63,980 nt of DNA, filler included, from Pelomyxa schiedti (GCA_020536535.1; 10 parts of 10 records of this genome joined end to end with filler, not necessarily neighbours in it); one strand, 5' to 3'; counted from the first letter of the whole stretch, positions 1 to 13,241 are shown. The notes: generated by a model not told the origin, from the sequence alone. A program made the numbers and translations.

Positions 1-1485
1 TGATGTTGAACATGCTGACGCAAAGGTTGCTGCTGTTGGTGTGAAATTGTGCTCTGTGACAAGCCACTGAGCGAGTTCTGCATCTCCAGTATTTTTGCAG
101 ACACGGTTGAACTCCTCCTCACTTGGCTGAGATGGAAGCGTGGTTACCAACCACTTGACAACTTCTGGGTTGTGCGCATCTTCCAGGATGTCGGAATAGC
201 CATCTTCACGGATGTCATCTTCCACCCACGGCCGCCATTGGCAATCTTGCACAGTGCTGTGCTTGTTTGAAACAAGGCTCCTCGTCATGTAATTTTCACT
301 TGGGACTGCTGGGAAGTTGTCCAGGCACCACTTCAAATTGGAAGGGGAGTTTCCCCAGGCACACCATTCAAAAAGGTCAAGACACACTGTCTTGTCCCAA
401 TAACTCCGAAACCCAAACCTCCCACACAGCCACTTGACAACTTCCATTTTCCCATCAGAAACACAGCTCTGCATCGATTCATACATCAACCACTGTGCCT
501 CTTTTCCCTCAATACCAAGCACATCCACCAGCCACCTTACGCCGTCAGCACGCCCAGCGTGACACACCCCGCGAACTAACTGCAAATTCCCGCACTCTGC
601 TCTCGCATATTCAATCACCTTTTCCCTCAGCCCAGCCACCCCCCCTCTCCTCAGGTTATCACTTCTCCCCTTGCCTCCCCGCCTGCCTCTGCCTGCCCCC
701 CTGCCTATTCCCTTGCCTCGTCCCCCCATTTTCCGCCGGCGATCGGGGTCATTCACGTTCGTGTGGCAGGCCATTTCCCACGAGACGACGCGGCGGCCGT
801 CCCACAATCGCGGCAGCGTGCAACTGGTGGTGTTGCATGTGGTGGCGGTGGCGGTGGCGGCCGTGGTGCTGCCGCGGCTCTTTCTGGGCTCGGAATGACC
901 AACACCACCGCCAAACAGGGCGGCGGCCAGTCCCACGTGGCCGCCCATCAGCAACCCCGCCAGGGTCGCGCTCACTTCCTTCACAACAACGCCAACCTCG
1001 ACGCCACCGCCGCAGCCACAACCCCTCTCATCTCCCTGCGGCCGTGCTCTCCCGAGAGGAGGAGAACCCGGCTTCGCAACAACAACAAACACCGGATCCC
1101 TGATGTCGTTGTCGACCCTCCCGCGGACGTGCCTGTTGTTGAGGATCCACGCCACGCACGACGGCGCCGGCACGCTCGCCGCGGTGGCGATGGCGAAGTA
1201 GCTCCCGATGTATGCACCGAAACGAGGGTCGTACGCGAGGACCCTGCGGCACACGAGACCCACGATGGGGAACATCGCCTCGGCTGCCCGGAACAAGTCC
1301 CACTGCCGGAGCCCGTCGGGTCCGCACTTGATGTTTCCCAGCGAGTCCCTGGGCCCGTCGAGCCACCCGCGCGACACAACGTGATCCCAAACGAGCCGTG
1401 ACACAGCGAGAACCCCGTCGATGTTGGTGTTGTTGGTATCATCGTCGCTTCGTTGTTGTGATGGGGGCGTGTGGTTGTTGGACAT
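1..1485 (-). CDS. Degenerate ankyrin-like repeat protein, lineage-specific family; 3' end runs off the window
   Basis: Not in the ORF track because it has no stop in the window. Manual translation from ATG 1485 is open to position 1 (MSNNHT...VSRLVWDHVV...LAGLLMGGHVGLA...GKMEVVKWLCGRFGF...HNPEVVKWLVTTLP...FTPTAATFASAC). It aligns with ORF 13420-14943 (GLCVGGHLEEA; RPDVLKWMLSEF; ATPSLFLAAC). Confidence 0.75.
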   Translation of the reverse strand, partial: MSNNHTPPSQQRSDDDTNNTNIDGVLAVSRLVWDHVVSRGWLDGPRDSLGNIKCGPDGLRQWDLFRAAEAMFPIVGLVCRRVLAYDPRFGAYIGSYFAIATAASVPAPSCVAWILNNRHVRGRVDNDIRDPVFVVVAKPGSPPLGRARPQGDERGCGCGGGVEVGVVVKEVSATLAGLLMGGHVGLAAALFGGGVGHSEPRKSRGSTTAATATATTCNTTSCTLPRLWDGRRVVSWEMACHTNVNDPDRRRKMGGRGKGIGRGAGRGRRGGKGRSDNLRRGGVAGLREKVIEYARAECGNLQLVRGVCHAGRADGVRWLVDVLGIEGKEAQWLMYESMQSCVSDGKMEVVKWLCGRFGFRSYWDKTVCLDLFEWCAWGNSPSNLKWCLDNFPAVPSENYMTRSLVSNKHSTVQDCQWRPWVEDDIREDGYSDILEDAHNPEVVKWLVTTLPSQPSEEEFNRVCKNTGDAELAQWLVTEHNFTPTAATFASACSTS

Positions 1486-1654
1486 GATGTTGGTGCTTAG
1501 TTCTAATTGTTTCAAAATTCCACTAACGAACTTCACGGCATCATCACCGAATCTTTCAATGATTCCCTGCTTGACTGTCACACTCATTGAGTCGCTTTCT
1601 CGGTAATCTGGCACTAACTAGCAAGCTCCTTTTGGTACAATTGTAGTGTTTGGT

Positions 1655-2252
1655 TCAAGTTGCTTGCAGGATGTCATTCAGCAAGGATGAGACGTTTCCA
1701 GAGAATCTTACATTGAGGGAGTGGTGAGTGTGATGTGCCAGTGCACTTGTGGTTGGTGGTGTTGTTGTGGGGTAGTCATCGATGCAGTTGCGATACAGCT
1801 TGTGGCATTGCAGACACCTGTTCTTGGATACCCAGAAGAAACAAATGTGCTTCCACTGTGTGGTATGTTTACAGTAAACATGGGTTACAGTGAGTTTTGT
1901 CGTTGGGAAGGGGGCAGTACCTTTGTTGTGGCCTCTGGAAGTGATTCAAGGCATTTGTCCACTTTGTGCCTCACTCTCTGGCTCCATTCTCGGCTCGAAT
2001 TGAAAAGTGCTCTCTTTAATTGTGAGTAATCCCAAAAGAAAATCTAATCACAAACCCTCCAAAGGTCGTTTGTTCTTCCGCACTGATACCTGCAAAACAA
2101 AGAGATTAGGATGCGCCGGAAAGATAAAAAGAAAGAAAAAAGAAATAAAAAAGAAAGAAATACCAAAACCGGGAAGTCTGCTGGACACGGCCGAGAGATT
2201 GAATGTCAAGCAGCTCCATCACTCCGGTGATTTCGGTGTTGAATTGAATCAT
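1655..2252 (-). CDS. F-box-like protein, multi-exon
   Basis: Spliced reading MIQFNTEITGVMELLDIQSLGRVQQTSRFW|YQCGRTNDLWR fits the F-box pattern, followed by WKHICFFW...CLQCHKLY. GT..AG introns are visible. Confidence 0.5.
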
Positions 2253-2594
2253 CAATTGCGTCAATGAAATGTCAATTCTGCGTTTTCTGTGAGTTCATGA
2301 TCGGCGAAGTCTATTTATAACTAAGTAATTACAATTAAAGAAATAATGATTAAGTACTAATTATTATTTACTTTGTCATTATAGTATAGTAGTAAGTAAG
2401 TAATTGCAACACTGGATTTGAGCTCCCGGTGTGAATTCAATCTGTAATGGAACAAAAGGCAGCTGTACAGCAGGCATGGAACCCCGAAGTTCAGAACTCA
2501 AATTTGCGGCAGGGAGTGATTTCCGGAAATTATTGTTCATGGAAACATGTTTTTCCCAAGTTCCTTTAAAGTTGTGAGTCTGTTGCATTTGGAA

Positions 2595-3948
2595 TTAAAA
2601 CAAACCGTCAATATAAGACTCGAGAGAGAACGCAGAGTCACCAACCATTTTGCAAAACGCGAGGGGGAGAATGCCACCATGCCTGGCCATCTCTTTCACC
2701 AGTTCCTTTTGTTCCGATGCAATTGCCATCACAATTGGAGTCCGAAGCTCTTCTGGGAAGTCGCACCACTTGGGATTTCTCCTGCACTGAAGGTTTGGAT
2801 CTGCACCAAAGGAGAGAGCTTCCAGTGCGACGTCAGTGTCACCCTTGATTGTGGCCTCGTACAACGCAGTGTCTCCTGTCTTTGGTGAAATCTCGTCGAT
2901 TGACTGCGCGAACATTGGATGACTTGCGATGGTGTGTCTGTATTTGTTTGGTGCACGGAGGTATGCAGCAGCCAAACCACGGCTGAACACCCGGCAGAGG
3001 TGATTGAGAATACTGAAATCGCACACTGCATCCCCCCTACATCCATTTTTGGAAAAATACAAAATGGGCCACCTGGAGTCCATTGCCTGAATCACACTCT
3101 CACCCCATTTAGGGTCTGCCAGAACCTTGATGAGGTCTAGATTGACACGGCTTGACTCATTCATTGCCAGTTCCAGAGGCGTCACGTGGCTGGCCTTCAT
3201 TCCCACGAGTTTCGCCCTCAGTATCTCGTCCACCCCCGACATAATCACCTCGATGCACTCCAGCACCCCATGGTGCACAGCCAAGTGCAAGATATTCCTG
3301 TTCTCGACAATTGGCTTGTAGTACCCAGTCCCCACCGGGCCCACCAAGTTCCTCCCGGCCGCGCCCCAGCGTCCCATAAGCCTCCTCACCACCTCCGCCT
3401 GGCCATTAGCAACCGCCAGCATCATCGGCGTCCGGTCCGCCGGCCCGCACGCGTAGTCCAGGAGCCACCGCGCCGCCGGGACGCCCGCCCGCCGCCCCGC
3501 GGCCGCCGCCACCTCGCCCCAGATGAGGCCCCTGGGCACCCACGCCTCGAGCACCGCGTCCATCTCGTCGGCGTGGCCCAGCACCGCGCACACGTGCAGG
3601 ACCGAGTACCAGCTCAGCTGGTCGTAGATGGTGCACGGGCTCAGGGGGCGCTGGTCGTTCCACCTGACGTGGTTGCACCGGTCGAGCTCGTGGCCGGGCG
3701 CGGCGGCGGCGGCGAGGCGGGCGACCTCGCGGGCGTGGCCCGAGGCGGCGGCCCGGACCAGGGGGCTGTCGCCCCTCTCGGCCCGCACCACGCCCTGCTT
3801 GCACCTGCGCGAGAGGGACTGGAAGTGCTTCTGCAGGGCGAGGTACTTCTCAGCCCGCACCTCCGGGGCGTCCATGTCGTCGGACAGTGTTATTGGCGCA
3901 CCATTGACCCCGGCCAGCAACGATGTGTCTTGCCCCATCACAACGCGA
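2595..3948 (-). CDS. Ankyrin repeat protein; 5' end in a scaffold gap
   Basis: Ankyrin consensus: RTPMMLAVANGQAEVVRRL, NILHLAVHHGVLECIEVI, TPLELAM, GDTALYEATIKGDTDVALEALSFGADPN, RTPIVMAIA. Confidence 0.85.
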
Positions 3949-4048
3949 NNNNNNNNNNNNNNNNNNNNNNNNNNNNNNNNNNNNNNNNNNNNNNNNNNNN
4001 NNNNNNNNNNNNNNNNNNNNNNNNNNNNNNNNNNNNNNNNNNNNNNNN

Positions 4049-6288
4049 GTGAGGATGACGTCAACACAGTTGCAGGGCTGTGCAGGGGAGTGATGTCTCC
4101 CGATTACTCGGAAGCAATGCCTGCACTCTACAGACTGAGAAACCGACTTGCCAATGGTGTGACTGTGTGTCTATTGGGAAAAAACATAACTTGTTCTTTA
4201 GAGGATAATCCACCAATTGACGAGGTGCTGGACACTGCCGGCTGTGTTCCAAGAATCATTCAGTTGCTTTCTGTACATAACCCCTTTCTTTTATGCCAAT
4301 TCACACTTTATCTGTTTCTTTTTTTTTTATCTCCAGAATGACAACACCAAATTGCAGTTTGAGGCCCTTTGGGTCATCACAAATCGTAAGTGCTACACTC
4401 TTCCAGGACCTGTGGGAGGCGTCTCACTAGCACCCTCTGGGTGTTTGGTTTGCTAAAGTTTGCAGTGGAACTGATGCCAGACAAACACAGAAGGTTGTTG
4501 AGTTTGGTGCACTGCCTCCACTCATTGCCCTTCTTGCTTCTCCAAGATCCAATACTTGTGAGCAGGTTCTCCTTTTTTCCTTTTTTTAATATTCCTCATT
4601 GTAAAAAATCCTGCTGATGAATTGTGCATAGGCAATATGGGCACTTGGGAACATCGAAGGAACCAACACAGAAATGCGAAACTTAATTTTGGAACTTGGC
4701 TTTATTCCCGCTGTTGTCAAGGCAATGTACACATTCCGAGACAAGGTCTCGCTTGTGAGACATGCGGTGGGTGAAGTTAATTAATCTCCCATACCTACGA
4801 CTCTCTTATTCATATGTTTAAACCACCAGATTTGGGCATTCTCCAATGGATGCCGAGGGGAACCACCACCCCCCGACAAATACTTCATTCCAAGTGTGGC
4901 AACACAACACTATCTATTTTTCTAACATGCTTATCTCCGTGCAGCTCCAACATTAAATATCTTTCCGACATTGGCGGGTCTTTTGCAATGCTCAGATATG
5001 GAGACTGTCGTTGATACCGCATGGTGCGTTCATTCCTCCCACTTTTTTATTTTTTATTTTTTGATTGGCCAAAAAAAAGGTCTCTCCGTTTTTTAACTGA
5101 CATGAGGGAGCCCACCAAGCACATAATTGCTTCTGGAATATGTTCCAACCTTGCCAGAGTTCTCGACGTTTGTATTCATTCCCATTCTTTTCTCTTTGAA
5201 AACTCAAACAAAGTGCAAACAAGTCGATGTGCAAGTACCGGCACTGCGCGCATTGAGCAACATTTCCGCTGGGAGGTATCAACACAACTTAATGTGACTT
5301 GCACACTCTTTCTCTAATCACAAAGTAACAGCAATACCGACACTCAGGTTTTTGGAAATTAGAATAATGCACTCCCATGTTTTCATCCAACACTTTGATC
5401 CTCCAGGCTGTGATTGATGCTGGAGTCTTGCCAAAATTGCTTCCCTTGTTTGTTTCCTCCACCTGTTCTCCCACCATACCCGTTCTTTTCCCTGATGTTG
5501 GCAACAACAGGATGGACAGCCCGGCAAAAGATGTGAGGAAGGACACATGTTGGCTTGTGTGTTGTTGAAGTTTGCTGCTTTATTGGAAAACTTACTCTTG
5601 TTTCAGCTCTCCAATATCGCTGCCGGAACAAGGTGCGAATATCCCAAGAACAACAACCCTTTGCTGCTTTTTCTCAACACTGTTCCCACTACTAATAACA
5701 GTGAACATATCCGCTGCCTCTCAGTGGAGCGGGGACTCTTTGAGAAGGTTGTTGACCTCATGAGTACAGGTGACATGGACATCAAGAAGGAAGCTGCGTG
5801 GATTGTGTGCAACGTAGTGAGTAGTCGAGTAGACGATGTCACCAAGTATGTATCCCATTTATTTCCTTTGCGGAAAGTAAACTCTCTGCACGGGCCAGAG
5901 TGCTACTTTCAAAGGGTGCTCTGCAGGCACTCATTGTACTAATTAGCACGCTCCCTCCCGATGAGGATGCTAAGTTGCTTTCCAATGCTGTTCAAGTGGG
6001 TACACCTTTCTCCTATTTTCTTTTCAAATTACATAACTGACTCTCCACAAGGCCATTGCAACTGCAAGAGGGCTAGACAGTACAAGGAGCTTCATAGACA
6101 CACTAGATGAACAGAATTTAGTGGCTACATTGAAAAGGATACAGAGGCAAACCGACAACGAAGATTTGGCATCAAGTGCTTCAATGCTGATTTCCGACAT
6201 TGACGACGATTCCGATGACGATGACGATGACAACTGTGACTCACAAAAAAGTAGCCAGCAAAAACAGGATGCAATGGAAATTGAGTGA
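4049..6288 (+). CDS. Importin-alpha-like ARM-repeat protein, multi-exon; 5' end in a gap
   Basis: Exons give NPPIDEVL, LQFEALWVITN, AIWALGNIEG, VPALRALSNISAG, QAVIDAGVLP, LSNIAAGT and DIKKEAAWIVCN, the WxxxN ARM motifs of importin alpha. Confidence 0.85.
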
Positions 6289-6374
6289 TGGAGTTGTTTG
6301 CGTCCCTATTGGGAGAGAGATCAGCCACAACTGATCACGATTCGGTTTTTTTCGTCCCTCGCGTACCCAAACGA

Positions 6375-7346
6375 ATGAGCAGCAGTTGGACGAGTAGTAG
6401 TGGCCAATGCGGGGGTGACCCATCAACGTGCGGGTGCGAGATGCACAAGATGGTGCGGGGGGACCTGTACCGCGCCAGCGACCCGGTGCTCGTGTCGATG
6501 AGGGACATGTGCAAGTACCGCGTGGCATTGTACAACTCCCGCTGCACCTACAGACCCTCCGACCCCCCCCCGTGTCGCCATCACGACATCTACGGCGACG
6601 ACGACAATGATCAGTGGCTCGCTGCTATTGCAAAGTCCAAGACAAGTTTGGTTTTTTGTTTTTTGTTTTTTGTTTTTTGTTTTTTGTTTTTTGTTTTTTG
6701 TTTTTTGTTTTTTGTTTTTTGTTTTTTTTGCTTTTTGTTTTTGTTTTTTTTCTAACATTCGTACCAAACAGATGATCTCAGGAACATGCTTGGGAGTGTT
6801 GGGGATGGTGTGTGCATAGAGGCGCCGTTCCAGTGTGACTATGGAAAGTTCATACACTTGGGTGACAGGGTGTTTATTAACTACCAGTGTGTTATGCTGG
6901 ACACTTGTAAAATCACTCTGGGGAACGATGTACTTGTAGCGCCAGGTAAGACCAAACTTATTAGAATCAAAACGTATAAGAAGATAATAACCTGAATATT
7001 TTAGGAGTTCACTTTTATGCGGCAACACACCCAACAGACCCCCAAATTAGACTCCAGGGTTTGGAGTATGGAAAGCCAATCACAATAGGAAATAATGTGT
7101 GGATCGGAGGTAGCGCAGTAATATGCCCAGGTATACCACACTGCAATAGAAAAATGCGCCTACATTCCACTCACACCAACAAAACAAGGTGTGACAATAG
7201 GTGATAATGTAACAGTTGGAGCAGGAAGCGTGGTTGTTAAAGATGTACCAGGTAAAGACAATGAACAACACTAAAATACTCACAATTTCCTAGCCAATGT
7301 AGTTGTTGCTGGCAACCCCGCCAAGATAATCAAGAAGCTTCCGTAG
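6375..7346 (+). CDS. maa: Maltose/galactoside O-acetyltransferase (hexapeptide-repeat Maa/LacA family), about 5 exons
   Basis: [15 protein letters not shown]; [29 protein letters not shown]; YAATHP; [59 protein letters not shown]. Confidence 0.93.
6648..6752. repeat. (TTTTTTG)n microsatellite inside the first intron of the acetyltransferase gene
   Basis: Tandem T6G units visible directly. Confidence 0.9.
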
Positions 7347-7523
7347 AACAAATTCTGATTCCTAGTGAGTTCCTATCTAGTGAGGGAATTAGGTGTTGAC
7401 TCAAGCACACCTCCCTATCCGGAACTCTGTCAAAACACACTAATTCGTTTGCGTCGAGACTATCAAAAATATTTCGTTCAATAATTCACAGAAACCCTCT
7501 TATTGTTGCCGTTTCGTGGGCGA

Positions 7524-9616
7524 ATGCGTGGCTGTGCACCCATAATTGTGTTTGGTTGGTGTTGCTGGTGTTTGATTTGTGTCGCCTGGAGCAGGAGTAC
7601 GGCCACGACACTTGTGAAGACAACTACGTCGCTGTACAACGTGTACGATCCAAGTGATCCCGCAACGACTGACTGGTGCACAATATTCTTAAATATCGGT
7701 GTTATGTAACCCCTGCGTGGTTGTGAGCTTACAATTATGGGTGACATAATTGTATCGTTTTTTAAAAAAAAAAACAAATGCTGAAATGGGGATTTTTTTT
7801 CCCCCCTATAGGTATATAAATGACCACTGCTTTGCATATGGGCCTGGTGGGGTGTGGCACATGTATGGAATAACTCACACTGAATCAGCTGATCCTGAGA
7901 TGGAGGTAAGTGATTTCTTTTCTGTATATTTATCCTTTTTGTATTGTAGTTCGAAAATAAGCCAGGGTAGGTCAACTTTGCCCACGCTACTTCAAACGAT
8001 CTTACAAGTGGATGGCTAAAACAACCTTTTGCACTAGGCTCTATATTGCCTGAAACTCATGTGAGTTAAAACCACAATTTAAGTCTAAAATAATTCACTG
8101 AACAGCTTTGGGCACCATATGTCCTCTTTGAGAACAACACATACTATATGTACTATTGTGGCGGAGGCTATGACAGGACAAACTATATCATTGGCCTTGC
8201 AACATGTAATTTTTATCCGCATTTGATACTTCGTAATAAACTACAGCTGTCGACGGCTGGAAGTGGGAAAGACAAGGTACTATGTTTACTGGTGGTGTAG
8301 ATGGAAGGGACCCAATGGTATTGAAATTTGTTACGCCCGTGGGAGGGGCTTCCTACATCATCTACTATACCGGTACAAATCCCGATGAGCTCTCTGACAC
8401 AGTGAGCCATGTTACATATTACCGGACAAGCAATGACTTGTACACCTGGTCCGAGCCAGGTCACCTATTATAAAAACAAATGTGTTTACTTGCACTAAGC
8501 TGTAGTAGGTATTGCTTTTGAGGGAGGAGTGGATGGGAGCTGTGCTGGGGGACCCACAGAGTCACCATTTGTTGTTCAGCGCGGCTCAAGTTACTATTTA
8601 TTCAGTGGAGCTTGGAGTGACTACCAAGTATGTTAAGATGGCTTCTCAAATCGTTAAAATGGAAAAAAGGATACTCGAGTTTTCTTCAGCAGTGACCCAA
8701 CTTCATTTGGATCAGTTCCCCTTGGTACTGCTGTTCAAGTGGGGGAAGTAGTTTCCCATGCACCCGAAATTGTTCGCGATACTGAAGGAAACTGGTCCGA
8801 TTTCTTCTACATTTTTTTGGTTTGACGTTTACAAGGTATCTGAGCAGTGGAGGGTGGGGAGCTGGTGGGCTATGGCTCTCAGACTTAGTGTGGCTGGATG
8901 GACTAGATGACGAGCCCACTTCCATTCCAATTCCAACAGCTCCGGCTGCCCTTCCGGACTCATTCTCAACGAACTTTGAAGCTGATTGGGCTTCCTCTAG
9001 TGATGGCGGTGATGCAGAGTGGACTGTGAATCCAAGCGGTTTAGCTGGAGGTTGTGCTTTGGGCGATGCTTTCTACATGTCTGAGACTATTGCTAACAAC
9101 AATACCTTCACTTTGGACGCGGATATCACTCTCATCACCAAAGATGGCAACCCCACCTCTTCAGCAGGTACTCCTAGAAAGCCATTGTTGGTATACTCAC
9201 ACCAAATTAGGAACATGGACTCGAGATGGATCAGCTGCCGCTCTAGTAATTTCCAAATACAAAGATAGTCCGCTCTCTGATTCCTTATGCATCAACATCC
9301 ACACTGACAGTTCCGGTGGCATCAAGGTTCCTTTTCCCAACCACCACTGTGTACTTTCCCACTAAAGTTCAATAAGGTGTTCCGCTTTCCTTATGTGTCA
9401 CTGGCCAACTACGCTGTTACAATTACACAGGACACACTGTACCATCTTCGGGTCAAGATAATTCCGGGCCTTATTTATGTGTACTACTCAACCAATGGTG
9501 GGTCACTTGTACAAGTACTCAAAGTGAGTGACAGTTCTATAACTGGGGATGTGTATCTTGGCCTGAACGTGTGGCAAGGCTCCGCAATGTTCCAAAATGT
9601 GTTTTTTACGTATTAA
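7524..9616 (+). CDS. Secreted five-bladed beta-propeller glycoside hydrolase (GH32/GH43-like) with a C-terminal beta-sandwich domain, multi-exon
   Basis: Hydrophobic N-terminus; [52 protein letters not shown]. The ND/RDP/E catalytic-type motifs are in the expected order. Confidence 0.8.
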
Positions 9617-9682
9617 AAAAAAAAGGTTTGCCTCAAATCAAAAATTATTATTTTACACTTTTTATGAGTTTTATAGGGTTGT

Positions 9683-11486
9683 TCAGTTCTTTGCCCGTTC
9701 TTTGTAGGCCTGTAACAGAGGCTGGAGATAGGAATCATTTATCCACAGTAATACAGCAATAATTATCGAGGCAGTAAGTACAATTGCTGTGCATAGATAG
9801 GCCCACATGTAGCCAGAGTGTTCCCACAGGATGGAAACTACCATAGCAAGGCTGTATCCTTTTTTGAGTTAGTGATACCGGAAAGATAAAAGGAGGGAAT
9901 TACCAAGGAAATAGGAACAGAAAAAGGCACCAAAGGCCTTTCCGTAGCTTTGAGAGGCTTCGGCGGGAGAACAACCTTTTTCTTTCGCGAGTTTTTTGAA
10001 GAGGTTTGCGTACATCCCAAACGGGGATAGCATTGTCACTTGAACGGCAGCCAACTCAATAACAAAGAGAACCGCAAACACTGCGGTGGATTCCAATTGG
10101 GTCATAATGAGGGGCAAAATGGAGCCAACAAGTCCGCCAAAGAATAGAAATAGCGGCTCACTTATCTTCCACGTATCTAGGAATATTCCGGTGACAACAC
10201 TTGCTAGGATTACAGCAACAACAGAACAGGAATAAATTGTGCCAATAAGTCCCGAACTGGCGGAAATTGTAATGAGTAACAAGTAAGGTAGTATCTTGAA
10301 CGAACTTTGCATTGAGTTCCTCGTCCATGTACACTGGCAGGGAAGCATAAATGAACCCAATTTGAAGCATACAAGCTACACTCACAAGTAATATTCCCCA
10401 GGTTAAGGGATTCTAAGTAACGTTAGTGTAACTGAGAAGCGTAAGTCAGGGTCTTTACACTTAGGAGGTCTCGCAGTGTGACTCGTCTTTCCTTGGAATC
10501 TTTGGTCTGTTTCTCATCACTTTTCTCTTGCTCTTTCGTTGGTGATGTCTTTCCATCTTCCTTGGGGTCCTTTTTTGGCATTCCCTCTGTGACTTCAACT
10601 TTTTCGTCTTTATCTGGTGGTTGGGTCATATCCTGCATCTCAATTTCTCCATTAGAGTCAAACAATTGCAGCTCAGCCTCGGAGAATACAGGAAGCGCAA
10701 CGATAGTAAGCAAATCAGCTGCCGCACACACACCAGCCCACACAAGGCACGGGACCATAACTTCATCAGTGGCTTCATAAATCCACCCACACAGAAGCGG
10801 GGATACAATTGAGCCTATGGAACCAGCACTTTGCACAAGGCCAACCAATGTGGCAAAGTTGTTGGCGAAGGGCCTGAGAATGTATGCTACTGCCATCTAG
10901 TCGATATTAGTGTAATAGATACTTCAGAGGAATTTGCCAACCGTCCAGGAAACGCCTGAGGCAAAACCTTGCAAAACTCTGCATGCTACTAGAACTCCAA
11001 AATTCGGCGCAAAAGCAAATCCAATTGATACAAGTACAAGTATTCCAGTTGAGGCACTGATCCAGCTGAATTAGAGTGAGTTAAGAAAATGTGGAGCTTT
11101 GAAGTGAGAAAGTTACATTTTTAAGTGACCAGTAAGATCAGCTAAAGTGCCAGCGATGAAAGTTGCAAACATGGCTGCAACACTGTATATACTGAAGAAT
11201 ATTCCCACTTCTAAGTCTGAGAGACTACGTGCACGAATTTAGTACGGAATGCATCAAATTCATTTCGGTGCATACTCCATCTCATCCTTATAAACAGGCA
11301 CAAGAGGAGAAACCATATCAAAAGTGCCAAGGTCGACAATCAAAATACAAGAGATAACCCATACAACTCTGGGTTTTTTCTCAAATGGAACGAGCAGCAC
11401 TCTGAAATCATTGACATCAATATAACCAGCCAAAATGTGGGGAGAGGAAAAAAACCAATAAAACTGTACCGTTTTACAGACTCCAT
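9683..11486 (-). CDS. MFS transporter (DHA1/vesicular amine transporter-like), multi-exon
   Basis: Multiple TM helices; GTLADLTGH (motif A-like), RVLQGFASGVSW, GSIVSPLLCGWIYE; hydrophilic central loop. Confidence 0.85.
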
Positions 11487-11808
11487 GTCCAAAAGTGATA
11501 ATTGTTCGGGCAGGGGATTGTTGCCAAAGAGGTTTTTTTTTTATTTAGTTACTGCCTCCACCACTGTCCTCGTCAACTAATTAATTTGTTGTGTGTGTTG
11601 CCTGCGGCTTTGTGCTTTAAAAGAGAAAATTGGGGCCACCCCGGTCGTGGTCCGGTTTCCCACGTCATTGACCGACCTTGACCCGTTTTGATGATTTACT
11701 GGCTCCTTGTCAATTTCCTTATCGGAAATCTACCAATTATCGGCAAATCTTCCTAGGAAAGGATCAATTTTTCTTTTTACAATAACGAGGGTATGTTATT
11801 TGTACTCC

Positions 11809-13141
11809 TCAGGATACAAGGGTATTTGAGGCCCAGCCGAGGACACTGAGGTAAGGGTTGGGTTTCAGCAAGTTTGCACCATATGGGTTTTGTCCCCGGC
11901 ACCATACAATCTGTGCATAGGTGGCTTCCATGCATTCTTTAAGTGATGGGCACACATCAATAATGGCAAGGTGCCCTCCTGCAGTTGATGAGTGTTATGC
12001 AATTAAGTGGTTTAAAGCTGTTTGTTTTGTGTTGTTTTTAGCCTTACCTGGGAGGATGAACCCAAAGCATGCCAGGGCCCCAAATTTGAACATTATGTCT
12101 CTATAAATATGAAATATTTTTTCAGGATTGGGGGAACTCAAAAACACAATTCCAACCGTCGGCCCTAGATTTCCTGAGATAAGACTAACATAATCTATGA
12201 CATACTTTTCCTTTCCTGATAGGGATAAGATACAAGCCTGGAAGAAGGTGATACTGACGTTGTCACTGGGGGGAGGCGGGCGTGCTTAGTGTATACTACA
12301 GATTGCTGAACATAGAAATTTGTTTGAAGTGTGAGCTCCGCCATACTGCTTTGGAAGTCCGGCCATGTGTGATTGGTGCTGATTGTTGCAGAAATTGCCT
12401 GCCGGCCTCTTAACCCACGGGAAAAAAGGGAAATGGGATTGGAGAATAGTGGTTTTATCCCTGGTAGTCCTGCTATTACTAGGATAACCTGGGATTTCAA
12501 GTGCACCCTAAAAACTGTAAGTGGCCGTCGTGACAGGGGAAAAAAAAGAAAGAAATCACCGGCTTGAAGAGCACTTCGGTTTTGCAGAAAAAAGAATTAG
12601 ATTGGGATCTTTTGGTAATGTGGCTATATCCATCTCGACAGTAACACCATCCTGTGGGTTGCATTGTCTACATAGCGCCTCCTCTGCGAGTATGTTAAGA
12701 TAAGTACGAGAGTTCATTTTAGCTACAACACAAACCAAGTACTGGGCTAGCTTTGCACCACTTTGAGGCTTTCAGTGCCACCATTGCCAGTGTCATCCTA
12801 GTATCGTTTTAAGAGCAAAACGAGAATGGCAAACATAATGCTTAGGAGAATGAAAGGCACCTGTTCATTCCTGCTGTATCCAGCCACTTTTCATTTACAA
12901 TTACAAGCTTGACCTATTATTCATTTGACAAATTTCAACCAGTGTCCCCAAAAACCCCTCCCAGAGCAGCAAAAAACCAAAAAACAAGGAAATCGAAACC
13001 AACCTGGTGGCATTTGTGCCTAATGAGGACCTTGTCATCAATTTCTAGTCTGAGGACATCATCCCCCGGCGCTGATTTGGCCGTTGATGATGGCGCCCGC
13101 AAGGCCAAAGCCTTGCTTGCACTCCCACAAGTACTCTTGAC
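11809..13141 (-). CDS. Hypothetical multi-exon protein, 5'-truncated at the contig end
   Basis: Open exons joined by GT..AG introns (..YQERK|RNLGPTVGIVFLSS..FGFILP|GGHLAIIDVC..NTLVS*); no family recognised. Confidence 0.4.
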
Positions 13142-13241
13142 NNNNNNNNNNNNNNNNNNNNNNNNNNNNNNNNNNNNNNNNNNNNTTAATTAATTAANNN
13201 NNNNNNNNNNNNNNNNNNNNNNNNNNNNNNNNNNNNNNNNN
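13142..13241. other. Artificial contig spacer N44-TTAATTAATTAA-N44; also at 16166-16265, 19471-19570, 21302-21401, 24868-24967, 26492-26591, 40486-40585, 60895-60994 and 62814-62913
   Basis: The same 12-mer, with stops in all six frames, centred in a 100-nt N block, repeated nine times. Confidence 0.95.

Noticed and set aside
495-1442. Overlapping ORFs on both strands (similar shadows at 3186-4052, 50568-51436 and 55380-56116)
   Set aside because: GC-rich antisense or off-frame shadows of the real genes.
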